Shown here: positions 46,638-57,022 of the stretch, in pieces
How the letters are laid out: every line of letters starts with the position of its first letter
Numbering within the stretch: position 1 is the stretch's first letter
Source: Candidatus Parcubacteria bacterium
GTDB taxonomy: Bacteria > Patescibacteriota > Minisyncoccia > UBA6257 > HR35
DNA: 64,000 bases
Reading direction: 5' to 3'
NCBI GenBank assembly: GCA_025999335.1
Contig: AP024681.1
Span: 459,547-523,546 of the forward strand
Notes under the pieces: model-generated
The model's database searches: none
What the model was told of the DNA's origin: nothing
Seen by the model: only the letters and a program-made list of their open reading frames with translations
Position numbers and translations under genes: made by a program

Positions 46638-47627
46638 ATGCCAATCAAAAAGCAGACAACAAAAACTTTTTTATTCGATCTTCATCTAGATTTAGAAGTT
46701 TATTTGAATAAAAATTTAAGAAAAATTTTAGGAATGAATTTTTACAAATTAGATCGACTTTATGTCGAACGGCATTTTGATTTAGTTCAAGCGAGAAAAG
46801 TTGGCTTAAAATATTTTGTAACCCAAGTTCAAGCAGTAAAATACAATTCTAAAGAAAAAATAATTTTTTCTCTTAATGATTTTGATGAATTTATTGCAAA
46901 TTATGAAAATTTTTTGAAACAAATTAAAAAATATCCCCAGCTTAAAATTATAAAAAGTTTAACTGATTTCAATTCTTTGTCTGAAGATCAAATAGGGGTA
47001 TTTTTAGGCGTTGAGGGTTTGAATTTTATAAATAAAATTGACGAAGTAGAATTATTGATTGACTTAGGCTTTAGAGTCTTTGGTTTAACATGGAATTTTG
47101 ACAATAAAATTGCCGGTGGTCTCAATAGTCATAAGCCATTAACAAAATTTGGCAAAAAAGTTGTTGAACTTTTAGTCGCTAGGGGGTGCATCATCGATTG
47201 TGCTCATTTAAATCATATTTCTGCTTTGGAGGTAATTGATTTAGCGCCTTCTAATTTTATTTTCTCTCATAATAATCTAAATAGCGTTGTCGCTTTTAAG
47301 CAAAACCTAAGCTCAGAAATACTATCTAAAATAAAAACAAAAGAGACATTGATAGGTTTAACTTTTCTTCCTTCATCCTTGACTACTTCTGGTCAACAAC
47401 CTACTTTTAAACATTGGTTTCAGCATTATAAGGAACTAAAAAAAATTAATCCTCAATTTTTAGCTATTGGTACTGACTATTTCGGTTTTGCTTTTAAAGA
47501 TACAGCTTTAGGAGCAAAGAATTATATTGAATTTAATAATAGTTTAATGAAATTTAAAATAAGTAAAGCAAAAATATTTTTTAATACTTTTAACTACTTT
47601 TATAATAAAATTAAGATATGGCAATAG
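46638..47627 (+). CDS. Membrane-dipeptidase family (peptidase M19) protein, cytoplasmic form
   Basis: 329 aa. It has the M19 metal-ligand pattern LFDLHLDL (HxD), GVEGL, GFRVFGLTWNFDNKIAGG, IDCAHLNH, FSHNN and AIGTDYFG. Confidence 0.6.
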   Translation: MPIKKQTTKTFLFDLHLDLEVYLNKNLRKILGMNFYKLDRLYVERHFDLVQARKVGLKYFVTQVQAVKYNSKEKIIFSLNDFDEFIANYENFLKQIKKYPQLKIIKSLTDFNSLSEDQIGVFLGVEGLNFINKIDEVELLIDLGFRVFGLTWNFDNKIAGGLNSHKPLTKFGKKVVELLVARGCIIDCAHLNHISALEVIDLAPSNFIFSHNNLNSVVAFKQNLSSEILSKIKTKETLIGLTFLPSSLTTSGQQPTFKHWFQHYKELKKINPQFLAIGTDYFGFAFKDTALGAKNYIEFNNSLMKFKISKAKIFFNTFNYFYNKIKIWQ

Positions 47628-49402
47628 AAAATTTTGATTCTTTGCGTGCTAACTATTTAAAAGATAATTTGCGTTATAAAAATTATTTAGAGTTTTTAAA
47701 AGAAAGAAGAGAACAGTCAAAGGCAGATTTAGAAAATTTGGCGCAAAATTTTAATATTCCCTTAGAAAAATTACAACAAATACGCACTGATATTAGAAAG
47801 CAGTTATTAAGTACAGAGGATAAAGATTATGCTGCTATTACAACAACATTTCATCTTTTGCCTTGGGAGTTGGAATATTATCTTTTGGCTAAAAAAAGAA
47901 TAAATTTATTAGATTATAAACCTACTCATATTTTTGATATTCCTATTGGTTATATGCAGTCCAAAGATGAAAAACCTCATCAGCTTACAATTGGCGATCG
48001 TTCTTTTAATTACTTAGAATTGATTTTTAATGTTAAAAAAGTTCCTAAAACTTCATATGAATTTTATTTATTGTTAAAAGAAGAATTTAAGAAATTTTTA
48101 GATTTAGAAGAAGTTGATTTTTCTAATTTAAAAGAGATAGTTGACGGATTATTTGCAAATCAACAATTTATTAATTCAAAAATTAAACCTATTTGCAATC
48201 ACTTAAAATCAAAGAATTTACTGAGATTAAATAAACAAGAATTACGAATCAGAGATAATGCTATAGACAAGTTATACGAAGATATTGTTAAAGAGATTAT
48301 ATATTTAATAGTTGACTTTTTAGTTTTTTTTGAAAATGATATTAAGATTAACGAAAAGCGAGAGAAGTTTTTAAAAACAGTTAAATATCTTTTTTCTCAA
48401 GAAGATTTACGTCCAATTTTTAATGCTTTGGGTTTATCATTAAATGTTAATATTGATGATTTTTTAGCTTTTAACGATTATGGGAAAATAATTTTTCTTA
48501 TAGTTATTTTAGGAGGTTTTGATCATATAGGCGCTGAATGGCCCGAAAAAGATAAATTAGGCAAATATAATTTAATAAGAAAATCATTAGGATTAAATTT
48601 AATTACCGAAGTGCCGCCAAATACGTTTGCAGAAAGATTTTTGCTATTTTCTGAATCATCTTTGTCTTCAGAAGCTAATTTTAAGCTTGTAGATTCGTTA
48701 ACCTTGCGTTTGCTTTTTTCTGAGGCGATGCCATCAATTACTTATCTAGCATCTTTTCAGGGTCCTTTTACTGGCACTTTTTCGCCTCTTGCTAAAGAGC
48801 ATCGAGATATTATACGTATTATTGATTTTGTTAGTACTTATAAATTATTTTTACAAGAAATAAAAAATGGAGATATTAAATTTAGCAATAAAATGTTGAT
48901 TGATATTATTAAAAAATATTATGAGACTGTTTTTAAAGGTGGCATTAAGGAAATGTTAAAGAATAAAATTGAAGAGTTTGAAAAAAATTATTTGACAGAT
49001 AATAATTTAGAATATGACTTATTTTTTAGCATAGAACAATTTAATAAATTTTTAAATGAATCAGGCATTAAAGATTACTCTATTAATTTACCTCTTTTAA
49101 TGAGTATCATTTTAGAAAATGAGATTTTTAACGCTTATTTTAAAACTGATATTCAGCGATTAGTTTCTAAAGAAGGCGGAGAACTATTAAATAAATTTTT
49201 AGCTACTGGGAGAAAAATAAAACGTTTAGAAAATTTTTTTGAGCATTTAAATGATAAACAGTTAGTTGGTAATCAAGACGAAAACACAACAATGATGTTT
49301 GGAGGAATCTCTTTGCCGTTTAATTTGCAAACTATTGATAGTGATTTTATAGGTTTAGTTATGCATTTTCGTAGAAAATTAATGTTTGAATCAAGGTTGT
49401 AA
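47618..49402 (+). CDS. Hypothetical cytoplasmic protein with no recognisable motif
   Basis: 594 aa, predominantly helical and Lys/Glu-rich. It is translationally coupled to both neighbours (10-bp and 1-bp overlaps). Confidence 0.5.
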   Translation: MAIENFDSLRANYLKDNLRYKNYLEFLKERREQSKADLENLAQNFNIPLEKLQQIRTDIRKQLLSTEDKDYAAITTTFHLLPWELEYYLLAKKRINLLDYKPTHIFDIPIGYMQSKDEKPHQLTIGDRSFNYLELIFNVKKVPKTSYEFYLLLKEEFKKFLDLEEVDFSNLKEIVDGLFANQQFINSKIKPICNHLKSKNLLRLNKQELRIRDNAIDKLYEDIVKEIIYLIVDFLVFFENDIKINEKREKFLKTVKYLFSQEDLRPIFNALGLSLNVNIDDFLAFNDYGKIIFLIVILGGFDHIGAEWPEKDKLGKYNLIRKSLGLNLITEVPPNTFAERFLLFSESSLSSEANFKLVDSLTLRLLFSEAMPSITYLASFQGPFTGTFSPLAKEHRDIIRIIDFVSTYKLFLQEIKNGDIKFSNKMLIDIIKKYYETVFKGGIKEMLKNKIEEFEKNYLTDNNLEYDLFFSIEQFNKFLNESGIKDYSINLPLLMSIILENEIFNAYFKTDIQRLVSKEGGELLNKFLATGRKIKRLENFFEHLNDKQLVGNQDENTTMMFGGISLPFNLQTIDSDFIGLVMHFRRKLMFESRL

Positions 49403-50562
49403 TGAATTTAAATATTAAACAAGTTAAAGATCAATTAATTAAAGAATTAAATCAATTAAAAACTCCTCAAGGTTTTCTTTTGGCTGGTTTTCCTCATTTT
49501 AACAAGCTTTTTGGTAGAGACTCTTTAATTGTTTCTTGGCAGCTTTTAAATTATGATGTTGAGATTGTCAAAAATACTTTAGAGATTTTATCTAAATTTC
49601 AAGGAGTGGCAGTTAGCGAGATGTCTGAAGAAGAACCGGGGAAAATATTGCACGAGCATATAATAGGTTTTGATAAACATTCTAAAGGAAACTGGCCCTT
49701 TCCTTATTATGGTTCAATTGATTCAACATTGCTTTATCTAATTTTATTTTATTTTTATTTTAATAAAACCAAAGATGCTGATTTTATTAAACAATTTTGG
49801 GCAAACATTGAAAAAGCGGTTGATTGGATTCTTAATTACGGCGATAGGGATAACGATTTATTTATTGAATATAAGAATAAAAACCCTAATGGGCTTTATA
49901 ACCAAGGTTGGAAAGATTCAAATTTTATAAAATCAAAACTGCCAATTGCTATTGTTGAAGTTCAGGGTTATGAATATTTTGCTTTAGTTAAGATCAGCGA
50001 ATTGATTAAAGTTCTTAATATTAATAAAGAATTTTTAGATGTATTAAAAGAACGCGCAGATAAACTTCAAGAAAAATTTAATCAAAATTTTTGGATGGAT
50101 GATAAAAAATATTTTGCTTTAGGTTTAGATGGTGATAAAAAACAAATAAAATATATAACTTCAAATCCCGGGCATTTACTTTTTACAGAAATTGTTGATA
50201 ATGATAAGATTGATTATATTGTTAAAAAGTTATTTTCGGAAGAATTATGGACTGAATATGGTATAAGAACCCATTCAATTTATGAAGAAAATTTCAATCC
50301 TTTGTCTTATCATTTAGGTTCTATCTGGCCCCATGATAATTGGATTATTGCTCAAGGTTTAAAAAAATTAAATTATTTAGAAGAATACAACAGAATTAAA
50401 TCTGCTCTTTTAAATGCATTTAAAACAATTGGTTATTTGCCTGAGTATTACGGAGTAATTAACAACGAAATCAAATTAGAAAATTTGGAAAAAACTCCTG
50501 ATTATCCTCAAGCTTGGTCGTCAGGTGCTTTGTTAAATTTTATTTTAGAAGATGAAAAATGA
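49402..50562 (+). CDS. GDE_C-family glycoside hydrolase (second paralog, catalytic domain only)
   Basis: 386 aa. LAGFPHFNKLFGRDSLIVSW matches the aGyhWF…GRD motif, and GWKDSNF…VEVQGYEY is present. Confidence 0.6.
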   Translation: MNLNIKQVKDQLIKELNQLKTPQGFLLAGFPHFNKLFGRDSLIVSWQLLNYDVEIVKNTLEILSKFQGVAVSEMSEEEPGKILHEHIIGFDKHSKGNWPFPYYGSIDSTLLYLILFYFYFNKTKDADFIKQFWANIEKAVDWILNYGDRDNDLFIEYKNKNPNGLYNQGWKDSNFIKSKLPIAIVEVQGYEYFALVKISELIKVLNINKEFLDVLKERADKLQEKFNQNFWMDDKKYFALGLDGDKKQIKYITSNPGHLLFTEIVDNDKIDYIVKKLFSEELWTEYGIRTHSIYEENFNPLSYHLGSIWPHDNWIIAQGLKKLNYLEEYNRIKSALLNAFKTIGYLPEYYGVINNEIKLENLEKTPDYPQAWSSGALLNFILEDEK

Positions 50563-51880
50563 AGTTATAAAATTTTTTTCTCAGTTTATTTCCATTCCAT
50601 CGGTTTCAACGCAAAAAGATAGGTTTAACGATATTTTAAAAGCTGCTCATTTTTTGAAAGACAAATTTTTGTCTTTAGGATTTAAAGTTAAATTAATTCA
50701 AGATAAAAATTGTCCGCCTTTAATTTTAGCTTTTAAATTTATCGGTAATCAAAAGACAATTGGAATTTACGGTCATTACGATGTTCAGCCTGAAGATCCG
50801 CTTAAAGAATGGAAAACCGAACCGTTTAAATTAATTTTGAAAAATGGAAAATTTTATGGTCGCGGCAGTGCTGATAATAAAGGTCATATTGTGCAAAATA
50901 TTTTTGCTCTTGAAGAATTAATTAAAGAAAATAAGCTAAAAAATAATATTGTTTTTGTAATTGAAGGTGAAGAAGAATCAGCTAGTTCTAATTTTGAAAA
51001 ATATGTTTTAAAAGCTAAAGATATTTTATCCAAAATCGATGTTTTTTATTTAACTGATGTAGGTATGCGAAAAAAGAATATGCCAACAATTTATTATGCT
51101 CTGCGAGGAATTGTTTATTTTGAATTGAAAATAAAAATCGGTGAATACGATCTTCATTCAGGTAGTTATGGTAATTTAGCTTTAAATCCTGCTCAATTTT
51201 TAGGAGATCTGTTTTCAAAAATGAAGGATTTAAAAACAGGAAAAATTTTAATTTCTGGATTTTATGATGATGTAAGAAAAATTGACAATAAAGAAAAACG
51301 ATTATTGAAATTAGCTAGTCAAAAAGTAAAGGACATTTTAAAAGAGTCAAAACTTTATTTTCTTTGTTCTGTGGATAAGAAAAATCCATCATTTTCGACT
51401 AAAATTTATCCTTCCTTGGATGTCAATGGAATTAGCAGTGGTTATGTTGGCGAAGGGGCGAAGACAATTATTCCTAAAGAAGCAATTGTAAAATTTTCTT
51501 TTCGATTAATTGAATATCAAAAACCAGAAAAAATTATAAAATTAGTTCAAAATTTTATTAAAAAAAACATACCTCAAGGAATGAAATATGAATTAAAAAT
51601 TTTAGGTGCTTCTAGTCCCTTTTATACTCCAATAAATAATGAATATACCATGAAAACAAAGGCGATTTTAGAAACTATCTTTAAGAATAAAGTTATTTTT
51701 GATAGAGTTGGGGGTTCTATTCCAGCTGCAGAAATTTTACAAAGAGTTTTCAAAAAAACAATAATTTTAACAGGTTTTATGTTGCCAGATTGTAATATTC
51801 ATGCCCCTAATGAAAATTTCGATGAAGAAATGTTTTGGAAAGGCTTAAAAACTTTAAAATTAATTTATTCTTCAATTTAA
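50552..51880 (+). CDS. M20 family metallopeptidase (dipeptidase/deacylase)
   Basis: 442 aa. It has GIYGHYDVQPEDPLKEWKTEPF, GRGSADNKGHIV and EGEEES (M20 metal-binding His/Asp/Glu motifs). Confidence 0.7.
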   Translation: MKNEVIKFFSQFISIPSVSTQKDRFNDILKAAHFLKDKFLSLGFKVKLIQDKNCPPLILAFKFIGNQKTIGIYGHYDVQPEDPLKEWKTEPFKLILKNGKFYGRGSADNKGHIVQNIFALEELIKENKLKNNIVFVIEGEEESASSNFEKYVLKAKDILSKIDVFYLTDVGMRKKNMPTIYYALRGIVYFELKIKIGEYDLHSGSYGNLALNPAQFLGDLFSKMKDLKTGKILISGFYDDVRKIDNKEKRLLKLASQKVKDILKESKLYFLCSVDKKNPSFSTKIYPSLDVNGISSGYVGEGAKTIIPKEAIVKFSFRLIEYQKPEKIIKLVQNFIKKNIPQGMKYELKILGASSPFYTPINNEYTMKTKAILETIFKNKVIFDRVGGSIPAAEILQRVFKKTIILTGFMLPDCNIHAPNENFDEEMFWKGLKTLKLIYSSI

Positions 51881-51899
51881 TTTTTTAATTTAATCTGAG

Positions 51900-52730
51900 A
51901 TGAATATTTTTTACATTAACGGAAAATTTATTCCAGAAAAACAAGCTAAAATTTCGATTTATGATTTAGGATTTTTGCGAGGATATGCTGTTTTTGATTT
52001 TCTAAGAACTTATCAAGGAGAGCCATTTTATTTAAAAGAACATTTACAAAGACTTTTAAACTCAGCGAAATTAATTGGTTTAAAGCATAATTATAGTTTA
52101 AATTTATTGATAAAAATTGTTTTAAAAACTTTAAAGAAAAATAATCTTAAAGAAGCAAGTATAAGAATTTATTTAACTGGTGGTTATTCAAAAGATTTTA
52201 TTTTGCCATCAAAACCACAATTAATTATTATTATTACTCCGATTAAAAAACCCCCTGATTATCTATATATTAAGGGCGGCAAATTAATTACTAAAATTTC
52301 CGAAAGGATTCTTCCTCAAGCGAAAACAATTGTTTATACTGAAGGAATAAAATTTTTACAAGAAGCAAAAAGAAAAAATGCAATTGAAGTTTTGTTAATC
52401 AGCAAAGACGGTAAAATTTTGGAATGCACAACTTCAAACTTTTTTGCCGTTATAAATAAAAAATTAATCACACCACCGACAGAGCAAATTTTAGCTGGCA
52501 TAACTCGCAAAGTTGTTATTCAATTAGCTAAAAAATTAAAAATTCCTGTAATTGAAAGAAATATTAATTTTAAAGAAATTAAAAATTTCGATGAAGCTTT
52601 TATAACAGCAACCAATAAAGAAATCCTGCCGATTGTAAAAATTGATAAAATAAAAATAGGCAAAGGTAAAGTTGGCGAAATAACAAAAATTTTAATGATC
52701 GAATTTAAAAAACTAACTGAGAATTATTGA
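51900..52730 (+). CDS. Class IV PLP-dependent aminotransferase (D-amino-acid or branched-chain aminotransferase-like)
   Basis: 276 aa. INGKFIPEKQAKISIYDLGFLRGYAVFDFLRTYQGEPFYLKEHLQRL matches the class IV fold N-terminus. Confidence 0.65.
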   Translation: MNIFYINGKFIPEKQAKISIYDLGFLRGYAVFDFLRTYQGEPFYLKEHLQRLLNSAKLIGLKHNYSLNLLIKIVLKTLKKNNLKEASIRIYLTGGYSKDFILPSKPQLIIIITPIKKPPDYLYIKGGKLITKISERILPQAKTIVYTEGIKFLQEAKRKNAIEVLLISKDGKILECTTSNFFAVINKKLITPPTEQILAGITRKVVIQLAKKLKIPVIERNINFKEIKNFDEAFITATNKEILPIVKIDKIKIGKGKVGEITKILMIEFKKLTENY

Positions 52731-52762
52731 TGAAAAATAAATAAAAAAATTTTATTCAAAGT

Positions 52763-53113
52763 TTGAAATATGCAATTAAAGGTTTAAATTATGCTTTTAA
52801 ACACCATCGTCATTTTAAAATAGAACTTTTCGTTGTCATTTTAGTAATTATCTTAAGTTTTATTTTTGATCTTAATACCCTCGAATTTCTTTCAATTCTT
52901 TTTGCCATAGTTTTAGTTTTGATTTCTGAAATTTTTAATAATTTAATTAAAGAAACTTTGAATTTTGTCTATCAAGAATATCATCAAAAAGTAAAATTCA
53001 TTAAAGATTTATCAGCAAGAGCTGTTTTAATTGCGGTTATTTACAGCTTAATTGTCGGAATAATAATCTTTTTACCAAAGATATTTAGCTTGTTTATATA
53101 TCCCCTTAGTTGA
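52763..53113 (+). CDS. dgkA: Diacylglycerol / undecaprenol kinase (DgkA family)
   Basis: 116 aa with a TTG start. It has three TM helices and AIKGLNYAFKHHRHFKIE…SEIFNNLIKE (the DgkA E-x-xN-x-IE motif). Confidence 0.65.
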   Translation: MKYAIKGLNYAFKHHRHFKIELFVVILVIILSFIFDLNTLEFLSILFAIVLVLISEIFNNLIKETLNFVYQEYHQKVKFIKDLSARAVLIAVIYSLIVGIIIFLPKIFSLFIYPLS

Positions 53114-53147
53114 ATTTATCTAAATATCGCTTTCAAATTATGATAAA

Positions 53148-53948
53148 ATGAATTCAATGATAAAAAGATTAATTAAAAAATCAATTTTTGTTTTAAGAAA
53201 TTATGGTTTAAAGGTTTTTTTAATTAAAGCTTTAAAATTTCCTCTCAATAGGATAAATCTTTTAAGACAAAAGTTAGGAGAAAAAAGAGCTTATAAAAAT
53301 TCCCAAAGAGTTATTTACAAATTAAAACAATTCAATTCTAATAATCCTGAAGAAGTTTTTAATTTTGCTTGGAAATTCTATTTTGGTTTAATTAGACCAA
53401 TGCAAATTAAAGAAGAATTCCTTGAACTTTTAAAAATCTTTCAACAGCTAAACCCCCAATATATTATGGAAATCGGAACAGCTAATGGCGGAACTCTATT
53501 TTGTTTTTGTAAATTAGCTAAAGATGATGCTACGATAATATCTATTGATCTTCCAGAAGGACCATTTGGCGGAGGTTATCCCAAATGGAGAATTCCAATT
53601 TATCAAGCTTTTGCTAAAGAAAATCAAAAATTATATCTCATAAGAGAAGATTCCCATAAAGAAGAAACCTTAAATAAAGTAAAAGAAGTTCTTAATGGCA
53701 ATCAATTAGATTTTCTTTTCATTGATGGTGATCACAGTTATGAAGGAGTTAAAAAGGATTTTGAAATGTATTCCCCTTTAGTTAGAAAAGGTGGGATAAT
53801 TGCATTTCATGATATTAATATTCATTTAAATGCACCAGAAATAGGCGTTAATAAATTTTGGAATGAGATAAAAAATCGCTTTGTCCATAAAGAAATGATT
53901 AAAGGCCATATTTCAGGTTGGGCAGGGATTGGTGTTTTATTTTTATAA
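53148..53948 (+). CDS. Class I SAM-dependent methyltransferase (CmcI/TylF-like sugar O-methyltransferase)
   Basis: 266 aa. It has MEIGTANGGTLFCF (a glycine-rich SAM loop) and FLFIDGDHSYEGVKKDFE…GGIIAFHDI. Confidence 0.6.
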   Translation: MNSMIKRLIKKSIFVLRNYGLKVFLIKALKFPLNRINLLRQKLGEKRAYKNSQRVIYKLKQFNSNNPEEVFNFAWKFYFGLIRPMQIKEEFLELLKIFQQLNPQYIMEIGTANGGTLFCFCKLAKDDATIISIDLPEGPFGGGYPKWRIPIYQAFAKENQKLYLIREDSHKEETLNKVKEVLNGNQLDFLFIDGDHSYEGVKKDFEMYSPLVRKGGIIAFHDINIHLNAPEIGVNKFWNEIKNRFVHKEMIKGHISGWAGIGVLFL

Positions 53949-53962
53949 TTAGTTTATAACTA

Positions 53963-54907
53963 ATGAATAAGCAACAATTAATAGAAAAATTAGATTATTC
54001 AGCACGAAAATATTTGTTTCCTTTAAAGACAAGGTTTTTAAAATTTCCTTTTATTACCTTAAGAGATGCTTTTATAACTATTTTGTTTAACAAAGTTTTA
54101 AGACAAAAAATTTATTTTTTAGTAAAAGCAAAAACCTTTTTTGAAGAAGATTTTTATTGCATTTTCCCCGAATCAACAGATGTTTATTTTTATGGAGCTT
54201 ATGTTTATTGTAATCCTGAATACAGATTGACCAGGTTTATAATAAAACATAACTTTAAAGATAATTTAATATTTTTTGATCTCGGAGCTCATTATGGATA
54301 CTATTCAGTTTTAATGAGCAAACTATATCCTCAAAGCAAAGTGTTTGCTTTTGAACCAGATAGAGGTGTTTTAGAAATTTTGAAAAAAAATAAAAGAGAA
54401 AATATCGAAATAATTCCTAAGGCAGTTGGTTCTTTTAATGGCAAAACAAAATTTTATTCTTTTGACTTATTAAGTTCAGGAGTCTCAACTTTAAATATAG
54501 AAAACTTAAAAAAAATTCCCCTTACTCAACAAAAGCCGAATGAATACGAAGTTGAAGTTATTACCTTAGATAGTTTTTGTGAAGAAAATAAAATAATTCC
54601 TGATTTTATCAAAATTGATGTTGAAGGAGCTGAAGAAGATGTTTTAAGGGGATCAACTAAGTTATTAAAAAATAAATCACCAATTATTGCTCTTGAAATT
54701 TGGTTTCGACCCACACCTCCCGAAAATTATCTTAATGCTGTTAATATTTTAAAGAATAATGAATTTAAAATGTTCGCCATAACTGAAAACGGTGATTTAG
54801 AAGAAGTAAATTATGACAATATTTTTGAATATTTTAAAAAACTTGAAGAAAGATATAAAAAAATAAATCAAGGAATTGTTTTTGATAATTTAATTTTTCT
54901 TAAATGA
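53963..54907 (+). CDS. FkbM-family methyltransferase
   Basis: 314 aa. IFFDLGAHYGYYSVLMSKLYPQSKVFAFEPDRGVLEIL is the FkbM domain signature. Confidence 0.65.
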   Translation: MNKQQLIEKLDYSARKYLFPLKTRFLKFPFITLRDAFITILFNKVLRQKIYFLVKAKTFFEEDFYCIFPESTDVYFYGAYVYCNPEYRLTRFIIKHNFKDNLIFFDLGAHYGYYSVLMSKLYPQSKVFAFEPDRGVLEILKKNKRENIEIIPKAVGSFNGKTKFYSFDLLSSGVSTLNIENLKKIPLTQQKPNEYEVEVITLDSFCEENKIIPDFIKIDVEGAEEDVLRGSTKLLKNKSPIIALEIWFRPTPPENYLNAVNILKNNEFKMFAITENGDLEEVNYDNIFEYFKKLEERYKKINQGIVFDNLIFLK

Positions 54908-56052
54908 AAAAAATTCTCTTTATTGGAGATAATTGGTTTGGAGATTTAGGTGGGAGAAAGAAAATAGTTTTGGCTTTAATGAATTTTTTAATCAATGACT
55001 ATAATATTTATTTACTCACCATAGATACTAAAATTAAAAAGGAATCAATTAAAGATTTTAAAAAAGATTTAGAAGAAGACATCAACATTTATCCTTATTT
55101 TTTTCCAAGGAATGTATTTTTTTATTTCAAACTTTTAATCCTCTTCGGAATAAAAATTTTAAAGATAAGACCCAACCTTATAATTTCTTTTGGCGGGGGA
55201 CCTCATTCTAATGCGAATTTTTTCTATATAAGTAAAATCTTTGCACCAAAAAGTAAAATAATTTTTATTGAACAAGGAAATACAAGGCATTTATTCAATA
55301 AACAAAATCTGATAGTGAAACTTTTAACTAAAATAGCATTTAAAAGTGTAGATAAAATAATTACGGCAGGCGAGGGAGTAGCTGAGGATGTAAAAAATTT
55401 ATTTAATTTAAGAAACAATCAAGTAACTTTTGTTTATAATTTTGTTGATTTTGAAAAAATTAAAAATTTAAGCTTGGAAGCAATTGAAGAAAAAATTTTT
55501 GCAGATAAATTCAAACCAATAATATTAGCAGTTAATAGGTTAGATTTATATCAAAAAGATATTTTAACTTTATTAAACGCCTTTTCTGTTGTTGCTCAAA
55601 ATGTAGATGCGTATTTAGTAATCATAGGTGAAGGACCTGATAGAGTCAAAGTAGAGAACAAAATTAAAGAATTAAATTTAGAGTCGAAAGTTTTTTTGTT
55701 AGGTCATAAAAATAATCCCTATAAATATATGAAAAATTCAGATGTTTTTGTTTTAAGTAGTTTCCATGAGGGAATGCCTATTGTTTTAATTGAAGCTATG
55801 GTTTGCAATCTACCGGTTGTTGCTACTGATTGTGATTTTGGACCAAGAGAAATAATTAAAGATGGACATAATGGATTTTTAGTTAAGGTCGGCGATTATG
55901 AAACTATGGCAAAAAAAATAATTGAATTAATCAAACACAAGGAGTTAATAAGAAAATTTGTAGAAAATTCGTTTTCGATTTTACCTTACTTTTCTTCTAA
56001 TTATGCTTTAGAAAAATATAAAGAAATTATAAATTCAGTAATGACACAATGA
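54904..56052 (+). CDS. Glycosyltransferase family 4
   Basis: 382 aa with the C-terminal motif EGMPIVLIEAMVCNLPVVATDCDFGPREII. Confidence 0.75.
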   Translation: MKKILFIGDNWFGDLGGRKKIVLALMNFLINDYNIYLLTIDTKIKKESIKDFKKDLEEDINIYPYFFPRNVFFYFKLLILFGIKILKIRPNLIISFGGGPHSNANFFYISKIFAPKSKIIFIEQGNTRHLFNKQNLIVKLLTKIAFKSVDKIITAGEGVAEDVKNLFNLRNNQVTFVYNFVDFEKIKNLSLEAIEEKIFADKFKPIILAVNRLDLYQKDILTLLNAFSVVAQNVDAYLVIIGEGPDRVKVENKIKELNLESKVFLLGHKNNPYKYMKNSDVFVLSSFHEGMPIVLIEAMVCNLPVVATDCDFGPREIIKDGHNGFLVKVGDYETMAKKIIELIKHKELIRKFVENSFSILPYFSSNYALEKYKEIINSVMTQ

Positions 56053-57020
56053 AAATAGTTTTAATTTTTAACAAATCGTTTCCTTGTACAACAGGGCAAT
56101 ATATTTTGAAGATTTTAGAAAAAGAAAATGAAGTTTTTGTTTTATCACCAAAAGATAATTTTCAAAAAATTCACGAAATCCAACCAGATTTTATTTTAGT
56201 AATCGATGATAGTAGTCATTATATTCTAGATGTTAATTATCATCCTAAGGTAATATGGATTATTGATTCACATACTTCTTTTATCTGTGATAAAGTGATG
56301 GTTAAGAGTTTTGATATTGTTTTTGTGGCTCAGAAAGAATACGTTGAGAAATTTAAAAAATATAATCAACATGTTTATTGGCTTTCTTTAGCTTGTGATC
56401 CAGATTGGCATAGTAAACAGAATTTAGAAAAAATTTATGATGTTGCTTTTATTGGACAAATGGGAAGAGGCTGGCGGAGGAAATTATTAATAAATTTAAA
56501 AAAAGATTTCCCTAACTCTTTTATTTCTTCAGCTGACTGTAAAGATATTGGCAAAATCTATTCTCAAGCTAAAATAGTTGTTAATTATAATGTTAATAAT
56601 GATATTAATATGCGGGTTTTTGAGGCTTTGTGTTCTGGAAATTTACTTTTAACAAATAAAATAAAAGATAATGGTTTTAATGAATTATTTGAAGATAGAA
56701 AACATTTAGTGGTTTATAATGGGACTTATAGAGATTTAAAAGAAAAAATTAAATATTATTTAGAAAATGAAGAAGAAAGAGAAAAAATGGCTGAAAATGG
56801 AAGGAATTTAGCTTTATCTTTACATACTTATCAACAGAGAGCAGATTTTATGGTTAAAAAAATTTTAGAACTCAAAAACGAAAAATTTTATGATTATTCA
56901 AATTTAAGCTATTCTCTAATGAAATTAAATTTATTCATTAGATTTTTATTTTGGAAAGTGATTTATTTAAGGGTTTGGCAAGTTTTAGCCGAATTAAATG
57001 CTCTTTTAAGATTTAAGTAA
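56049..57020 (+). CDS. CgeB/DUF3880-like glycosyltransferase
   Basis: 323 aa with VAFIGQMGRGWRRKLL and MRVFEALCSGNLLLTN. Confidence 0.55.
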   Translation: MKIVLIFNKSFPCTTGQYILKILEKENEVFVLSPKDNFQKIHEIQPDFILVIDDSSHYILDVNYHPKVIWIIDSHTSFICDKVMVKSFDIVFVAQKEYVEKFKKYNQHVYWLSLACDPDWHSKQNLEKIYDVAFIGQMGRGWRRKLLINLKKDFPNSFISSADCKDIGKIYSQAKIVVNYNVNNDINMRVFEALCSGNLLLTNKIKDNGFNELFEDRKHLVVYNGTYRDLKEKIKYYLENEEEREKMAENGRNLALSLHTYQQRADFMVKKILELKNEKFYDYSNLSYSLMKLNLFIRFLFWKVIYLRVWQVLAELNALLRFK

Positions 57021-57022
57021 TT

